Part shown: in pieces, positions 17,441 to 27,227 of the stretch
Position numbering within the stretch: position 1 is the first letter of the stretch
Layout of the letters: every line of letters begins with the position of its first letter
Virus record (IMG/VR): IMGVR_UViG_3300037993_001242
Span: 135,099-199,098 of that record
Reading direction: 5' to 3' (one strand)
DNA from: a virus
DNA: 64,000 nt
The notes under the pieces: model-generated
Told to the model about the DNA's origin: nothing
The model's input: only the letters and a program-made list of their open reading frames with translations
The model's database searches: none
Made by a program: the position numbers and the translations under genes

Positions 17441-17447
17441 CTAACTA
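17441..17447 (-). promoter_or_regulatory. Candidate late promoter TAGTTAG
   Basis: 3 nt before GTG 17437; the second TAG is also the upstream stop. Confidence 0.45.
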
Positions 17448-17686
17448 TCGGCAACGGTGGCCACTAGCCGGTTGATTTCTTCGTCGTAAGTGGTCAGCGC
17501 TTTATAGAGGTCTTCCAGCAGAGCGTAAGGCTTTCCGTTGAACCACCAGTAACCGCCTTTGGCTTCAAATTCCATGTCGCGGTACGTGGCCGGATAGTTT
17601 TGCATGGGCTGACAGCACATCATGACATCGCTGCACCAGCGCTTGAAAACAGCATCGTCGAATTTCCATTTCACTACTGTCCACAT
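17441..17686 (-). CDS. Hypothetical protein (81 aa)
   Basis: TGATG overlap with NADAR; start MWTVVKW. Confidence 0.6.
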   Translation of the reverse strand: MWTVVKWKFDDAVFKRWCSDVMMCCQPMQNYPATYRDMEFEAKGGYWWFNGKPYALLEDLYKALTTYDEEINRLVATVADS

Positions 17687-18159
17687 CACTTCAAACGGTC
17701 GGGCAGAGCCTCCTCGTACTGTGGATTGCCCTCGATGACGCGGTACATCTGCCGCACGACCATCAAAAGCTGGCCCAGCTTGTTTAGACCTTTGCCGTCG
17801 CATACACCCCAGAACGTGTCACCCCACGTATTGCCCTCGATCAATTCCTCGTTGCCTGTGGCTAACAGCTTGGCCCGCAGATCGGCATCAAAGAATTTCT
17901 GCGTCAACAGGTCGGCCATAACCTCCAGCCTGACCTTGTTCCAATGGGGATTAAAATCTTCTCTGGGAATGATTTTGCCCAGCTTTTTAGCGATGCCCGG
18001 CGAAGACGCCAACAGGATTTTCTCACGCCACTGCCGCTTCTCGGTTTTAGCCGCCTGAAACGCATGTTCAACACTAGGGTACAAAATGCCATCCAGATAA
18101 ACGGATGCCGCGTAAAAATTAGACAAAAACCGGTAATCACCTTTGAACTCGCTGATCAT
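17686..18159 (-). CDS. NADAR (YbiA-like) family protein
   Basis: FLSNFY, PSVEHAFQAAK, AKKLGK, LLATG.EELIEGNTWGDTFWG, GLNKLGQLLM. Confidence 0.9.
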   Translation of the reverse strand: MISEFKGDYRFLSNFYAASVYLDGILYPSVEHAFQAAKTEKRQWREKILLASSPGIAKKLGKIIPREDFNPHWNKVRLEVMADLLTQKFFDADLRAKLLATGNEELIEGNTWGDTFWGVCDGKGLNKLGQLLMVVRQMYRVIEGNPQYEEALPDRLK

Positions 18160-18165
18160 GCGCCT

Positions 18166-18193
18166 AATGTATACGGTGACGACCCGATGTCAA
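18166..18193 (-). promoter_or_regulatory. Sigma70-like promoter TTGACA-N16-TACATT
   Basis: ATG of NADAR lies 6 nt downstream (leaderless). Confidence 0.7.
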
Positions 18194-18197
18194 ATGT

Positions 18198-18932
18198 TCA
18201 ACGCATCTGACGCGGCGGAACAAGACGATTCAAGTTTCGCACTCGGAAAGATGCCATTGGACTGGACTTTTGCGGCGTGATTTTTAAACTTATTTTAACC
18301 GGCGCTGTCGCGCAAAAGAAAACCGCCAATGGCTCATAAATCAAAAGCGGCATTCCTGATACTTCAGGGGAAAGTAAACTTTCAAGGCCGTCGGTTGAAT
18401 ACGCCGTAGCCGCATAGTAGCACTGTGCCGGAGACAAACCTGAAACAATAACACCCATGTTTGTTTCTAAGATTCCGTTGTTAGTCCAGAAATCCGATTG
18501 AGGAACATTTACATGGTTTGTATACACTCCACTGACCGGGCCATAGTAAAGGTTGTAGCCTGCCACAGCCGGATTGGTGGCTATGTCCCATTCAAGCCCC
18601 TGCACCCACTTTGGCTTGTTGGTAAAAACGTTTAGCGTACTGGCTGGCACAATTATACTGGCATATCCAGTGGCAATTAAAGTCCAGTTGGTGCGCGGTG
18701 TTAACAAATTGGAGGTAGCATAAAGCGTAAAATTAGTTGGCGGAACAACCGACACAACTACTCCGGTAGACGCCAATGACGGGCCGACCGGCACCGCCAA
18801 ACTCGCTAAAATGGCACTGACGCTTTTATTACCACCCGCTGGCAAGGGCAACGGCGGGCCGGTCGGTATCTGCCGTATAGCACACGACACGAGCAGCAGA
18901 GCCGCTAAAAATATGGTCAAATACGTTTTCAA
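18198..18932 (-). CDS. Lipoprotein with a fibronectin type III-like domain (TTG start)
   Basis: MKTYLTIFLAALLLVSC lipobox; LEWD...VAGYNLYYGPVSGVYT...YYAATAYSTDGLES FN3 pattern. Confidence 0.7.
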   Translation of the reverse strand: MKTYLTIFLAALLLVSCAIRQIPTGPPLPLPAGGNKSVSAILASLAVPVGPSLASTGVVVSVVPPTNFTLYATSNLLTPRTNWTLIATGYASIIVPASTLNVFTNKPKWVQGLEWDIATNPAVAGYNLYYGPVSGVYTNHVNVPQSDFWTNNGILETNMGVIVSGLSPAQCYYAATAYSTDGLESLLSPEVSGMPLLIYEPLAVFFCATAPVKISLKITPQKSSPMASFRVRNLNRLVPPRQMR

Positions 18933-18942
18933 ACCTGCCGCC

Positions 18943-20313
18943 TTAAATAGCCGCCTTGTCACTCCAGTAGCGCGCCAGTGCAACTCGCGCACAGCGCTCC
19001 TGAAACTGCGCTCCAGTTTCGCCCCCTCCCTGCGACACTGCAATCTCAATCTCGGCTGGATAATCCCGCAGTACGCGCTTGGCCACACCCCGGCGGCAGT
19101 GTTCGTCCAGCGGGCCAAATTCCAAAATCCGGTCAATCCGGCCCGGTCGGGTGGTCATTTGACCGGTACCTGCAATTCCGAGCGCTTCGTCAATGGCGTT
19201 GACGTGGTTGGTGGTCACCACGAGAAAGATGCCATCCACCGAATCAATGCCACCGATGGTGTTCAACAAACAATCAAAGGTCAGACCGCCGCCGTCTTCG
19301 CTGAGTTTGTTGGTGCGCTTGTCAAACGTAGCGTCGATGTCCTCGATCAAAGCAATGCACGGCACACTGGTCAGTATCTGCCGCCACGAGTTCACAAATT
19401 CGCGATTAGACATGCTGGTCAAATCGAAAATACAAACCGGCAAATCTTCAGTCTGCGCCACGGCGCGCACCAACGAGGTTTTGCCCGTGCCCGGCCTCCC
19501 GTGAAGCAGCCAGCCGCGCCGCCACGGGATTTGGCGTTCCTTGTACCATTTTTCGCTCACCTTCCAGCGGTGGGCTTCCTCCACCAGTTCCAGCACTTCC
19601 GCCGGGTAGCACAGCACATCAAAAGGCGAAACAACTTCCATGATTTCAACGCCGATCTCGTCCCGTTTCCAGCGCAGCAGGCGCACCGATTCATTCATCC
19701 GCCGGTCATTGATGCCTTTGGAACTGCACCCGGCAGCCGTGGGCATGGCAGGTTCGTCCTTGTTGCCGTAACCCCGGCGTCCACCTGACCCAAAAACCCG
19801 GTCGATGTAAAAACGCCGTTTGCTGCCGTATCCGTTGGCGTCGTTTTTATTATACCGATCCAGCGCCTCCAAAATCAGCTTATCCGGGTCAAAGGTACCC
19901 CGGATGAAGCGGATCGTGGCTTTGAAATTTTTGCTTTCGGTTTTTGGCACGCCCCCTTCCCAGCCGCCGTCGGTCTGTGCTCCAAAGCCACAAAGGATTG
20001 GCCGCCAGCCCGACCAAAATAAAATGGCGTCCTTGCCCAGCATTTCGTAGGCAATACCAATAGTGCGCGCCACCGGGCGCACAAACAGATTGTCCCCGGC
20101 ATAGTCTCGCGGCCCGATGGGAGTCCGTCGCATCGTCGCCCAACAATAACCCGCTACCGCATCCAGCACCGGAGAGCCGTCAATGCGTACCGTGACAATA
20201 AACAGGCTGATCAAACGGGTGCCCACGCCGCGAATCCAGCCCCACGCCAAAGCCAGAATGCTGGCCAGCGTCAGGCCGCCGAAAATTGAGGTAGTGACAG
20301 GATTAAGCGCCAT
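18943..20313 (-). CDS. BCS1-like AAA+ ATPase with an N-terminal membrane anchor
   Basis: WRRGWLLHGRPGTGKTS, LIEDID, LLNTIGG, VVTTNH, RPGRID; hydrophobic N-terminus. Confidence 0.85.
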   Translation of the reverse strand: MALNPVTTSIFGGLTLASILALAWGWIRGVGTRLISLFIVTVRIDGSPVLDAVAGYCWATMRRTPIGPRDYAGDNLFVRPVARTIGIAYEMLGKDAILFWSGWRPILCGFGAQTDGGWEGGVPKTESKNFKATIRFIRGTFDPDKLILEALDRYNKNDANGYGSKRRFYIDRVFGSGGRRGYGNKDEPAMPTAAGCSSKGINDRRMNESVRLLRWKRDEIGVEIMEVVSPFDVLCYPAEVLELVEEAHRWKVSEKWYKERQIPWRRGWLLHGRPGTGKTSLVRAVAQTEDLPVCIFDLTSMSNREFVNSWRQILTSVPCIALIEDIDATFDKRTNKLSEDGGGLTFDCLLNTIGGIDSVDGIFLVVTTNHVNAIDEALGIAGTGQMTTRPGRIDRILEFGPLDEHCRRGVAKRVLRDYPAEIEIAVSQGGGETGAQFQERCARVALARYWSDKAAI

Positions 20314-20334
20314 GTCGGGTAAGAACCCGAAAAA

Positions 20335-20580
20335 TCAGCGCACGGAATTGATCGGTGGAAATGGTTCGTCACACTGGCCGCACCAATGCCAGACAACGAG
20401 CACTTCCTTGGCGTCATCGTCGAATCGCCTGCCGCCCCACAACTCGAAAATCGTCCATTTGGCGATATTATTGCACAGGTTGCACTTGCCCATGCCGTTG
20501 ATGGGCCGGATGGCCACGGGCCGTCCGTTGAATTCGTACAAGCTCAGAGTGTCCAGTTTCAATGAATCTGCATCACTCAT
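20335..20580 (-). CDS. Small zinc-ribbon protein
   Basis: CNLC...WCGQC. Confidence 0.6.
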   Translation of the reverse strand: MSDADSLKLDTLSLYEFNGRPVAIRPINGMGKCNLCNNIAKWTIFELWGGRRFDDDAKEVLVVWHWCGQCDEPFPPINSVR

Positions 20581-20590
20581 AGGATTACCT

Positions 20591-21025
20591 TTAACTACTG
20601 GCCGCCGGTAGCCCTAAATCGCAGGTGGTGGCAATCAAGGCCAGTTTAGCCAGTTGTTTTTGCACGGCTTCGGCCTCCCGAACCCATTGCGCGTGCATCT
20701 TTTCAGCTTCCGCATAGGTGGAGCACCTGTGTTGTTTCCCATCCAGCCAGCCGCCGAAAATCATAGTCTCGAACAAAATTGGCGGATCACCCGGACTGAA
20801 ATGGTTGTGGTCAATGGAGAGAAAAACGGTTGAAACTGTCATGTCCCCGACCTGCGTCACTTCGATCAAAGGATCGTCGTGGGGATGATTTATACGGTGA
20901 GCCATCCACGCTTCCAGCGTGTTAAAGGCAACAACTTTTTTGCCTACGAGGACGTAGTGCTTGAGTCCGACTGTAGGCATTCCTTTTTGGCCTCCTCTTT
21001 GGTCAGGTGCTTGGCGTGCATCCAA
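20591..21025 (-). CDS. Hypothetical phage protein (start uncertain)
   Basis: VSTVFLSIDH...PILFETMIFGG...RCSTYAEAEKMH pattern. Confidence 0.65.
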   Translation of the reverse strand: MDARQAPDQRGGQKGMPTVGLKHYVLVGKKVVAFNTLEAWMAHRINHPHDDPLIEVTQVGDMTVSTVFLSIDHNHFSPGDPPILFETMIFGGWLDGKQHRCSTYAEAEKMHAQWVREAEAVQKQLAKLALIATTCDLGLPAASS

Positions 21026-21390
21026 GGTGGAGGGGTTTCAGTTATCTTGCGGGCAAACTCGTCACCGTCCCCGTGAATTGGAAAGAAGTCACCAATCTCG
21101 TGCGCCACCACGCCGATGGTCTTGATGTAGTTGTGCATGTCCTGCTCAATTTGAGCCTCGGTCTTGTTGGTGGCGGTGGCGCTATACCAGCTTTTTTCGT
21201 CGTCGCTGTCCCAGATGCGGTCATCCTTTTTATGCCGAAACCGAAAAACAATTTTCCATGTGGTCGGCTCCGTCATTTTGCGGGACACGCACAACATGAA
21301 GTCACCGCCGTTGCCAAACCGGCTGAAATGCTTGGGAAGCTCAAAAAACCACATGCCAATGTAGTAGTTTTCAGGATTGATCTCGATCAT
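20944..21390 (-). CDS. Hypothetical protein (148 aa)
   Basis: Tiles the minus-strand run. Confidence 0.6.
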   Translation of the reverse strand: MIEINPENYYIGMWFFELPKHFSRFGNGGDFMLCVSRKMTEPTTWKIVFRFRHKKDDRIWDSDDEKSWYSATATNKTEAQIEQDMHNYIKTIGVVAHEIGDFFPIHGDGDEFARKITETPPPWMHAKHLTKEEAKKECLQSDSSTTSS

Positions 21391-21444
21391 GCGACACCTG
21401 TATACACGTTAAGCAAACCGTCATCAAGAAAATTTAGCGCCATC

Positions 21445-21960
21445 TTAAAAGTATTTCAGGGCCAGAAAATTGCACAGCAAATGCAGGCTGTTGTCTGCGA
21501 TAATGGTCAACCAGACGGTGATAAACAGCGGACGGGGTGCATGGGTCTTTTTGGCCGCCATGTACGCCTGAAGCAAATCCATCTTTTCGTCGAATTCCTT
21601 GGGCGGGACAACCACGTTTCCTGACTGGCTCAACGCCGTGGTAAAGTTGACGGTAAATTCGTCCTCCGTGCGCTCATCAAAATAACCCGTGCGCGAGCAG
21701 AGCTTCCACGCTGGGAAACCATGGCCATCAATATGATTCTTCAACCAGATGACGTATCGAACCAAACCAAACCGGTCGATGATGAAATGCGTCCCGGCGA
21801 TGATCGCCAGCGCCTTCCACGAATGCGTCAGGAGCAGGAAGGGCAACGCGTACAAGCAGACATGGACGAGGCAAGGCCATGACCGCTTCGACTTGTTCAA
21901 GGCCATCCAATCCGATTGCAGGAAAAAATCGCCAAATAAATGACACAAAAGTTGATTCAT
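21445..21960 (-). CDS. DUF3307 family membrane protein
   Basis: HLFGDFFLQSDWMA.NK, LVHVCLY, THFIIDRF, DNSLHL. Confidence 0.8.
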   Translation of the reverse strand: MNQLLCHLFGDFFLQSDWMALNKSKRSWPCLVHVCLYALPFLLLTHSWKALAIIAGTHFIIDRFGLVRYVIWLKNHIDGHGFPAWKLCSRTGYFDERTEDEFTVNFTTALSQSGNVVVPPKEFDEKMDLLQAYMAAKKTHAPRPLFITVWLTIIADNSLHLLCNFLALKYF

Positions 21961-21980
21961 ATTTAAGCCTTTCTCTTGGT

Positions 21981-22283
21981 TTAGCTACCATCGTTGGTGC
22001 CTTCGATCTGCCGGATGGCTTCGACCGCCGACATGTGCGGTTTCACTTCGTCTTTGAGCACAACGTGGTCTTCCCAAAACATCTTCTTGCGAAACCGCGT
22101 TGTCCTGAATTGCTCGGACAAAATCGTCAACGCGGCTTTGGCCATCCATTCCTCGGTATACACCAGTGGCCCTTCGTCGTTGCCCATCCAGCACTTGTCC
22201 CGCGTGTCCCATATCCCGTATTTGGCCAGTTGTGCATGGGTCGCCGCTTTAAATTCCTGACGTGATCCTTCTTCAGGCAGCAT
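21981..22283 (-). CDS. PExG-tag family protein (dispersed member)
   Basis: MLPEEGSRQEFKAATH. Confidence 0.75.
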   Translation of the reverse strand: MLPEEGSRQEFKAATHAQLAKYGIWDTRDKCWMGNDEGPLVYTEEWMAKAALTILSEQFRTTRFRKKMFWEDHVVLKDEVKPHMSAVEAIRQIEGTNDGS

Positions 22284-22286
22284 AGC

Positions 22287-22550
22287 TCAGTGACGACTAT
22301 AAAAGAATGGATCGTATTTTTCCAGATCAACTCCGCACAATACCGCCCATTCCTTGACGTGGGGCATCCAGTCGAGATCGTACGTTGATCCCGCCGGGTC
22401 GTAATCAACGCAGGTTTCCTTCACGTGCGACCGGTTGAACATGGCCTCTGCCAGCGCTTTACGCAGCAGTTGAACCTCGTTGACCAGCAACACAGCATCT
22501 TCTGGGGTAACTTCAGTCATCGGCTCCTCCAAAACAGCAAACGCCGCCAT
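22287..22550 (-). CDS. Hypothetical protein (start possibly 22520)
   Basis: Tiles the run. Confidence 0.55.
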   Translation of the reverse strand: MAAFAVLEEPMTEVTPEDAVLLVNEVQLLRKALAEAMFNRSHVKETCVDYDPAGSTYDLDWMPHVKEWAVLCGVDLEKYDPFFYSRH

Positions 22551-23029
22551 CTGCTTTCCTGTTTCACACCCAAAAAGCGCTCAACCGCAGGCATGGGATT
22601 CACCCACTTTTTCCGCTCAATTGGAATCAGAGGGCACTCTGTTTTGTTCAGGTGTCCGTGTTCATAGCCCCAAGCAAGCCACGCATCATCGGCGTCAGCG
22701 ACGGTATACTTTGCAAAGCCACCTTCGACCTCCGGCTTATAGGGCGATTCCTTGACGATGTCCATTAACAGCAGCATGACGGCCATGCTGGAGTAGCAGT
22801 GATTTACCCGCTTGTTGTACATCCATTGAAAAATACCCGGCAGGGCCATCCGACCGTACTGCATGATCTCCGCATACGTCGTGGAACAATGGCGCATGTG
22901 CCCGGCCAATGAACAAAAGCCGGTGCTTTCCTCGTGCTGGCGCACCAAATCCATGATGTAGTTTTTATCTACATCCTGCGCCAAAACTGCCCGTTTAAAA
23001 TTGCGGGCTGTGCCTTCTTCGGGAATCAT
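22517..23029 (-). CDS. PExG-tag family protein (dispersed member)
   Basis: MIPEEGTARNFKRAVL. Confidence 0.8.
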   Translation of the reverse strand: MIPEEGTARNFKRAVLAQDVDKNYIMDLVRQHEESTGFCSLAGHMRHCSTTYAEIMQYGRMALPGIFQWMYNKRVNHCYSSMAVMLLLMDIVKESPYKPEVEGGFAKYTVADADDAWLAWGYEHGHLNKTECPLIPIERKKWVNPMPAVERFLGVKQESRWRRLLFWRSR

Positions 23030-23640
23030 TTTGCTGGTATCAGTTGGTCTCGGAGCACGGTATAGGAAGCAAAGAATATCCGTCGAGCCGAAAACTCAGG
23101 GGTGGCCTTGGGAATGGCTTCATCGATCAGCCGTTCAACGTTTTCCACGCCAACCCGGACAATACAGTTGGCAATTTTGGTGTCCACCAGTGGACGATTG
23201 ATCTTGGCCGCCAGCACTTTGGCCTTTTCCATCCACGGCTCGCGCTGCTCCTTGGTGATGGACGGCAGATGCGCGGGCGGTGGTGTAGGCGGAGGCACGC
23301 CTGCGGCGGCTCTTCTGTCCAACCGGAGTGCCTTGGCTTTTAAGTGCTTGCTGTAATTTGCCGCATGTTGCAGCAAAACTTTTTTGACTTCCGCGTCCAT
23401 GTCGAAACGAAAATCCGAAACGTCAATGGGCTGGATGTTTGAAATTACGCCCGCTGTTTGAAACGCTTCGACGACTTTCATCGTCTCGAAAAAGGTACAG
23501 CCAACCTCAGTCGCGATTGTTTTAAGGCTGGCAATCTGATTCTGGCGCGATTTTACCGTCACCAACCGCAGAAAAATACGCTGTTCGACCGGGAGGGCCG
23601 CCAACTTCGTACCGGGTTTAATTTTGAATGGAACCGCCAT
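23026..23640 (-). CDS. Hypothetical protein, possible N-terminal winged-HTH
   Basis: SLKTIATEVGCTFFETMKVVEAFQTAGVI. Confidence 0.55.
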   Translation of the reverse strand: MAVPFKIKPGTKLAALPVEQRIFLRLVTVKSRQNQIASLKTIATEVGCTFFETMKVVEAFQTAGVISNIQPIDVSDFRFDMDAEVKKVLLQHAANYSKHLKAKALRLDRRAAAGVPPPTPPPAHLPSITKEQREPWMEKAKVLAAKINRPLVDTKIANCIVRVGVENVERLIDEAIPKATPEFSARRIFFASYTVLRDQLIPAK

Positions 23641-23663
23641 AGCTACTTCTTTTTATAGAGTCT

Positions 23664-24053
23664 TCATTTACCTTCAAGAACGGGGCCGGGCCGCCAGTTC
23701 GGGTTCAATGCTTGGCGTACACCCGGCAACGGGGTTCGGTGCGTTTTACCACCTGATCTATACCAGTGGCAGCTACCTTCAACCGGCTGGACGATGGTTT
23801 CTGCTTCAACAATGCGGTCGCAGTAAAACCAGCCCTTCGTGTCCGCCAAAGCCGCCTGACCGTAATGCGCGCCTCGATAGCGCTGGCCATGGTTACGGCA
23901 CGTGGTACACATCTCAAACGTCCCCGGAACCGCATAGAGCGCCAGCACGGCCCGTTTAAGCTCGTGCTTCGATCCTTCCTCCGGCAACATTACCGCAGGA
24001 GCAATGCCAAGCCTGCCAAGGGCATCGATGACTTTGTGGAGCAGCGTCGTCAA
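23664..24053 (-). CDS. PExG-tag family protein, tag after a 20-aa extension
   Basis: VMLPEEGSKHELKRAVL followed by CTTC. Confidence 0.7.
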   Translation of the reverse strand: MTTLLHKVIDALGRLGIAPAVMLPEEGSKHELKRAVLALYAVPGTFEMCTTCRNHGQRYRGAHYGQAALADTKGWFYCDRIVEAETIVQPVEGSCHWYRSGGKTHRTPLPGVRQALNPNWRPGPVLEGK

Positions 24054-24182
24054 TTGTTTCCTGACGGACTGTATACAAAGTCACCGTCAGGATTCAACTC
24101 ATATCTGTGGCCAGCCATGAAAACAATCACAGTGTTGCCCGCCAACGTCTGGTGCTTGTCCATTGGGCCGCGCCGGTGATCT

Positions 24183-26824
24183 TCACGGGACGTGCTGTTG
24201 TGTCCACTCCAGCCATTGGCCCAGCCAGCACTTATGCTCCTTTTTACCGGTGTCGAGCAAATACCAGATGTAGTTTTTGTCCCGACGAATCACCTTGCGC
24301 GACCGCCCGTTAAAGGCGGTGAGGGTATCACCGGGCTGCGGATCAATTTTAGGATCGTGTTCGATTGCAGTTGTCATTCGTAAAGCTGGGATAGCGCTTC
24401 CTTCCATGCAGCAGCAAATTTTTCTATAAAAGTATCTCTTTCCTCGACAGTGTGAAAGGTATGGGTGCTTTTTTCCGCATCTCGATAACGAATATAAACA
24501 CCAAATGTATTGATACCGGTAGTACCGTGCGCGCACACGCTGACGACGCTTTCAGCATTGTAATACCCGGCACCAAACTTAAAAATCGGCGGGCGAACAG
24601 CCAGCTTGATCAACCGCTGTTTGGCTTCAGTCGGCGTTAGATCGTCAGGGTCAAGCATGGTTGTATACTACTCGGTTTTAACCGGAAATGGAAGCGGATA
24701 ATCAACATTCAAAGGTTTGCCTCCAGCCAGCACCCGTCGGTAATCAATTTCAAACGCGTTGATGTTGAGCAGGGCTTTGGCCATCCGCTGCTCAAAGGAT
24801 TCCGGCGGAGCTTCCTTGGCGTTTTTGTTGATCTTCGGGCACCAGCGGTCAACGACCGTATCCAGCGTCTTGCGCAATTCGTCCAGCGATGAAGTTCCCG
24901 ATGATTTCATTTTCAGTGTGGGGCCGTGTGGACTTTCCGGCGTTGCGCCGCAATTGGCGCACTTGGGCATCGTTGAAGTGGTTTCGGATGTAATTTCTTC
25001 CGGCACCTGAACAGGGCCGCCGCAAATCGAGCAAGTTCCAATAGTTTTCATCATGCCGTTAAGAACAGTGTTTCAGAACACCTTCCACGGTAATACTCCA
25101 AATTTTAACGCCGTTTAACTCGGTTGTATACGCGTTAGATACTGCCCGATAAAGTTCTCGCTTGCTGTCGAAATCAGAAGAAATGAAGCGTACCTCGAAA
25201 ATATCGCCGCACTCAAGCTGCCGCATACGCACACGCTTTCCGTTTCGGTAAATATGTTTGAGTTCTATTCCGTTTTCCTCGTCTGGAAATTCTGGTTGCC
25301 GTTCAATTAAAGCTGGCCCCATGACGACAAGTGCGGCAATTGCGCTCATTGTCTGTTTTATAAAACTACGTCGAGTTTTCATGCTTTTACTTCATTAAAT
25401 ACTTGTATACCAAGAGTATAAATCCACATAAAAGTCCGATCCAAGTACAAACCACAAAAACATCACCCCAGTTTCCCTTAGTTCTGCCCCTATCTTCATC
25501 TATAATTTTTATGCTCATCTAAACGGATTACTTTTTGTATACAGTAAATCCAAGCATTTTACCCGGCGCTTCCGGCGTTTCATCCTCAACCACAATGGCC
25601 ACCCGCTGTCCGGTCAACGGCTCCAAAACACCATTTAAAAGGCCCAGCGTGCTGGCGCTATAGCTGTCCACTGCCTCACCCAAACCCGGATAGGCCCGGA
25701 CTTGTACGGTGGGGTGTTCAGCCAACTGATGATTGCAGTCAACGCGGTGCCGGATCAGATTTTCCACAGCTACCCGATCACGCCTGAAAGCGTCGTTCAG
25801 CGCGTCCACTGCCGCCTGTATATCGTGTTTCATAACGTTCCAGTGTCCAAATGCCACGCGATCATAAAAGTGACGAACTTTTTCGGCCCATAACCTACCG
25901 GACGTGGATCGACAATTCGACCAACGAGAATCGGATCAGGATGTCGCTGCCGGTCGGCGGGAAGCATCCCCAGTTCGTCGAACACCTTCAACTGCATTGC
26001 GTGGGTGGTCGCTTCCATGATGTGGAGCTTGGCCATGTTCGCCGGAAATTCCAGTTCGTCCCATTTGTCAACCCAGTAGTTGCGCACGGTGCGTCCGTGC
26101 TGATCTTTGAATTGCTCGCTCTGACGCAACGTAGGAACTGGGTTTTTGTAGTCACCTTCGCCCACAGGAAGCGCACGGGCATCCTGACTCAAATTGGGCA
26201 CATAGCTTTCCGTGCGGATGATCCGGGCAGGCTTCTTGCGATCAGTGCGGATGGCAAATAATGTCACCGGAAAATTGGGAACGATGTAGTACCCGGCTTC
26301 CAACGCCGTCAGCATCTTCTTGTAATACTCGACCCGCTTGGCGGCCAGTTCCCAGTGCCGCTTGAGCACGCCGGACTTCCATTTGTGCGCAATTGCGTGC
26401 TTGTATGCGCCTTCCAGTTCATCACGCTCGGTACAGATCACGGCCAGCTTGCGCTTGCACCATTCAATCAAGGTCGTCTGGCATTGAAGCATTTCCACCG
26501 GCGTCTGCGCCGACAAGTCAACTTCGGCCTTGGCATCTACAACCGTCGTGGTGTTGACCGCAGCCGGAACAAGTGCTTGAGTCGATTCAGCAGGATTTGT
26601 TTCTGTGCTCATGTGGGATTAGAACCGTATTCCGCGCCGTGATGGCACAGGCAATCCGACGAGCGGCAAACGCCCTCATGATCGACGTAGGTCGGCCCGC
26701 ACCCTTCGCACAGCACTTCCATGAATTTTTCCTTGGCCGTGTCCTCCGGCGTGCTCAGGCCCTTCAAATCGCCAAAGTCCTCGCCAAGTTTCTCAATACT
26801 GCATTGCCTGCAAAAATCAGCCAT
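24183..26824 (-). other. Run of small hypothetical CDSs: 24183-24377, 24374-24658, 24668-25054 (CSIC/CANC), 25059-25382, 25387-25518 (43-aa membrane protein), 25528-25833, 25830-26612, 26609-26824 (Cys-rich)
   Basis: Contiguous same-strand tiling with several ATGA overlaps. Confidence 0.6.
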
Positions 26825-26987
26825 ATTGGTTTATGTGTTGTATACAGCCAAAAAACCTCTGGCTGCAAGATTTAAGTTAAAATAATTTTCTCACTCTTTT
26901 TCGTGGCCAAACACAGCATCGAAATCACAGCCTTCACAAATCGTGATCCCGTTAGTTGATCCCAACCGCAAAGCCCGCGTCCTCCTG

Positions 26988-26994
26988 TAATTAG
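26988..26994 (+). promoter_or_regulatory. Candidate late promoter TAATTAG
   Basis: 5 nt before ATG 27000 at the head of the plus-strand cassette. Confidence 0.4.
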
Positions 26995-26999
26995 TTTAG

Positions 27000-27227
27000 A
27001 TGAGCACCGTTGCATCGAGCACAGCAAAAATGCCCGTAACATACGTGCCGACTCCCGGTAGCGCCGCAGCCGCCGCAGGAGGCGGAAACGCACCCGTTAT
27101 TTACACGGCTGACCCAAATGTTGAAGATTTGAAACCTGCCGATGTCAATTCGCCGTCAACAGCCTATTCGGCTGACGGTACTGGTGCTTTTTTTGGTTGG
27201 TCTGTTAAATATCAAAAATGGGTATGA
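27000..27227 (+). CDS. Small PVTYVP-motif protein (75 aa)
   Basis: KMPVTYVPTPGS; C-terminal GAFFGWSVKYQKWV. Confidence 0.65.
   Translation: MSTVASSTAKMPVTYVPTPGSAAAAAGGGNAPVIYTADPNVEDLKPADVNSPSTAYSADGTGAFFGWSVKYQKWV

Noticed and set aside
18811-19788. 325-aa plus-strand ORF; likewise 1012-1860(-), 33577-34203(-) and 39340-40185(+)
   Set aside because: Antisense shadows of well-supported genes, expected from codon bias at this GC content.
24374-24658. MLDPDDLTP as a member of the DPDE family
   Set aside because: Lacks the preceding hydrophobic-x-E and the leader, and has no late motif; could be chance.
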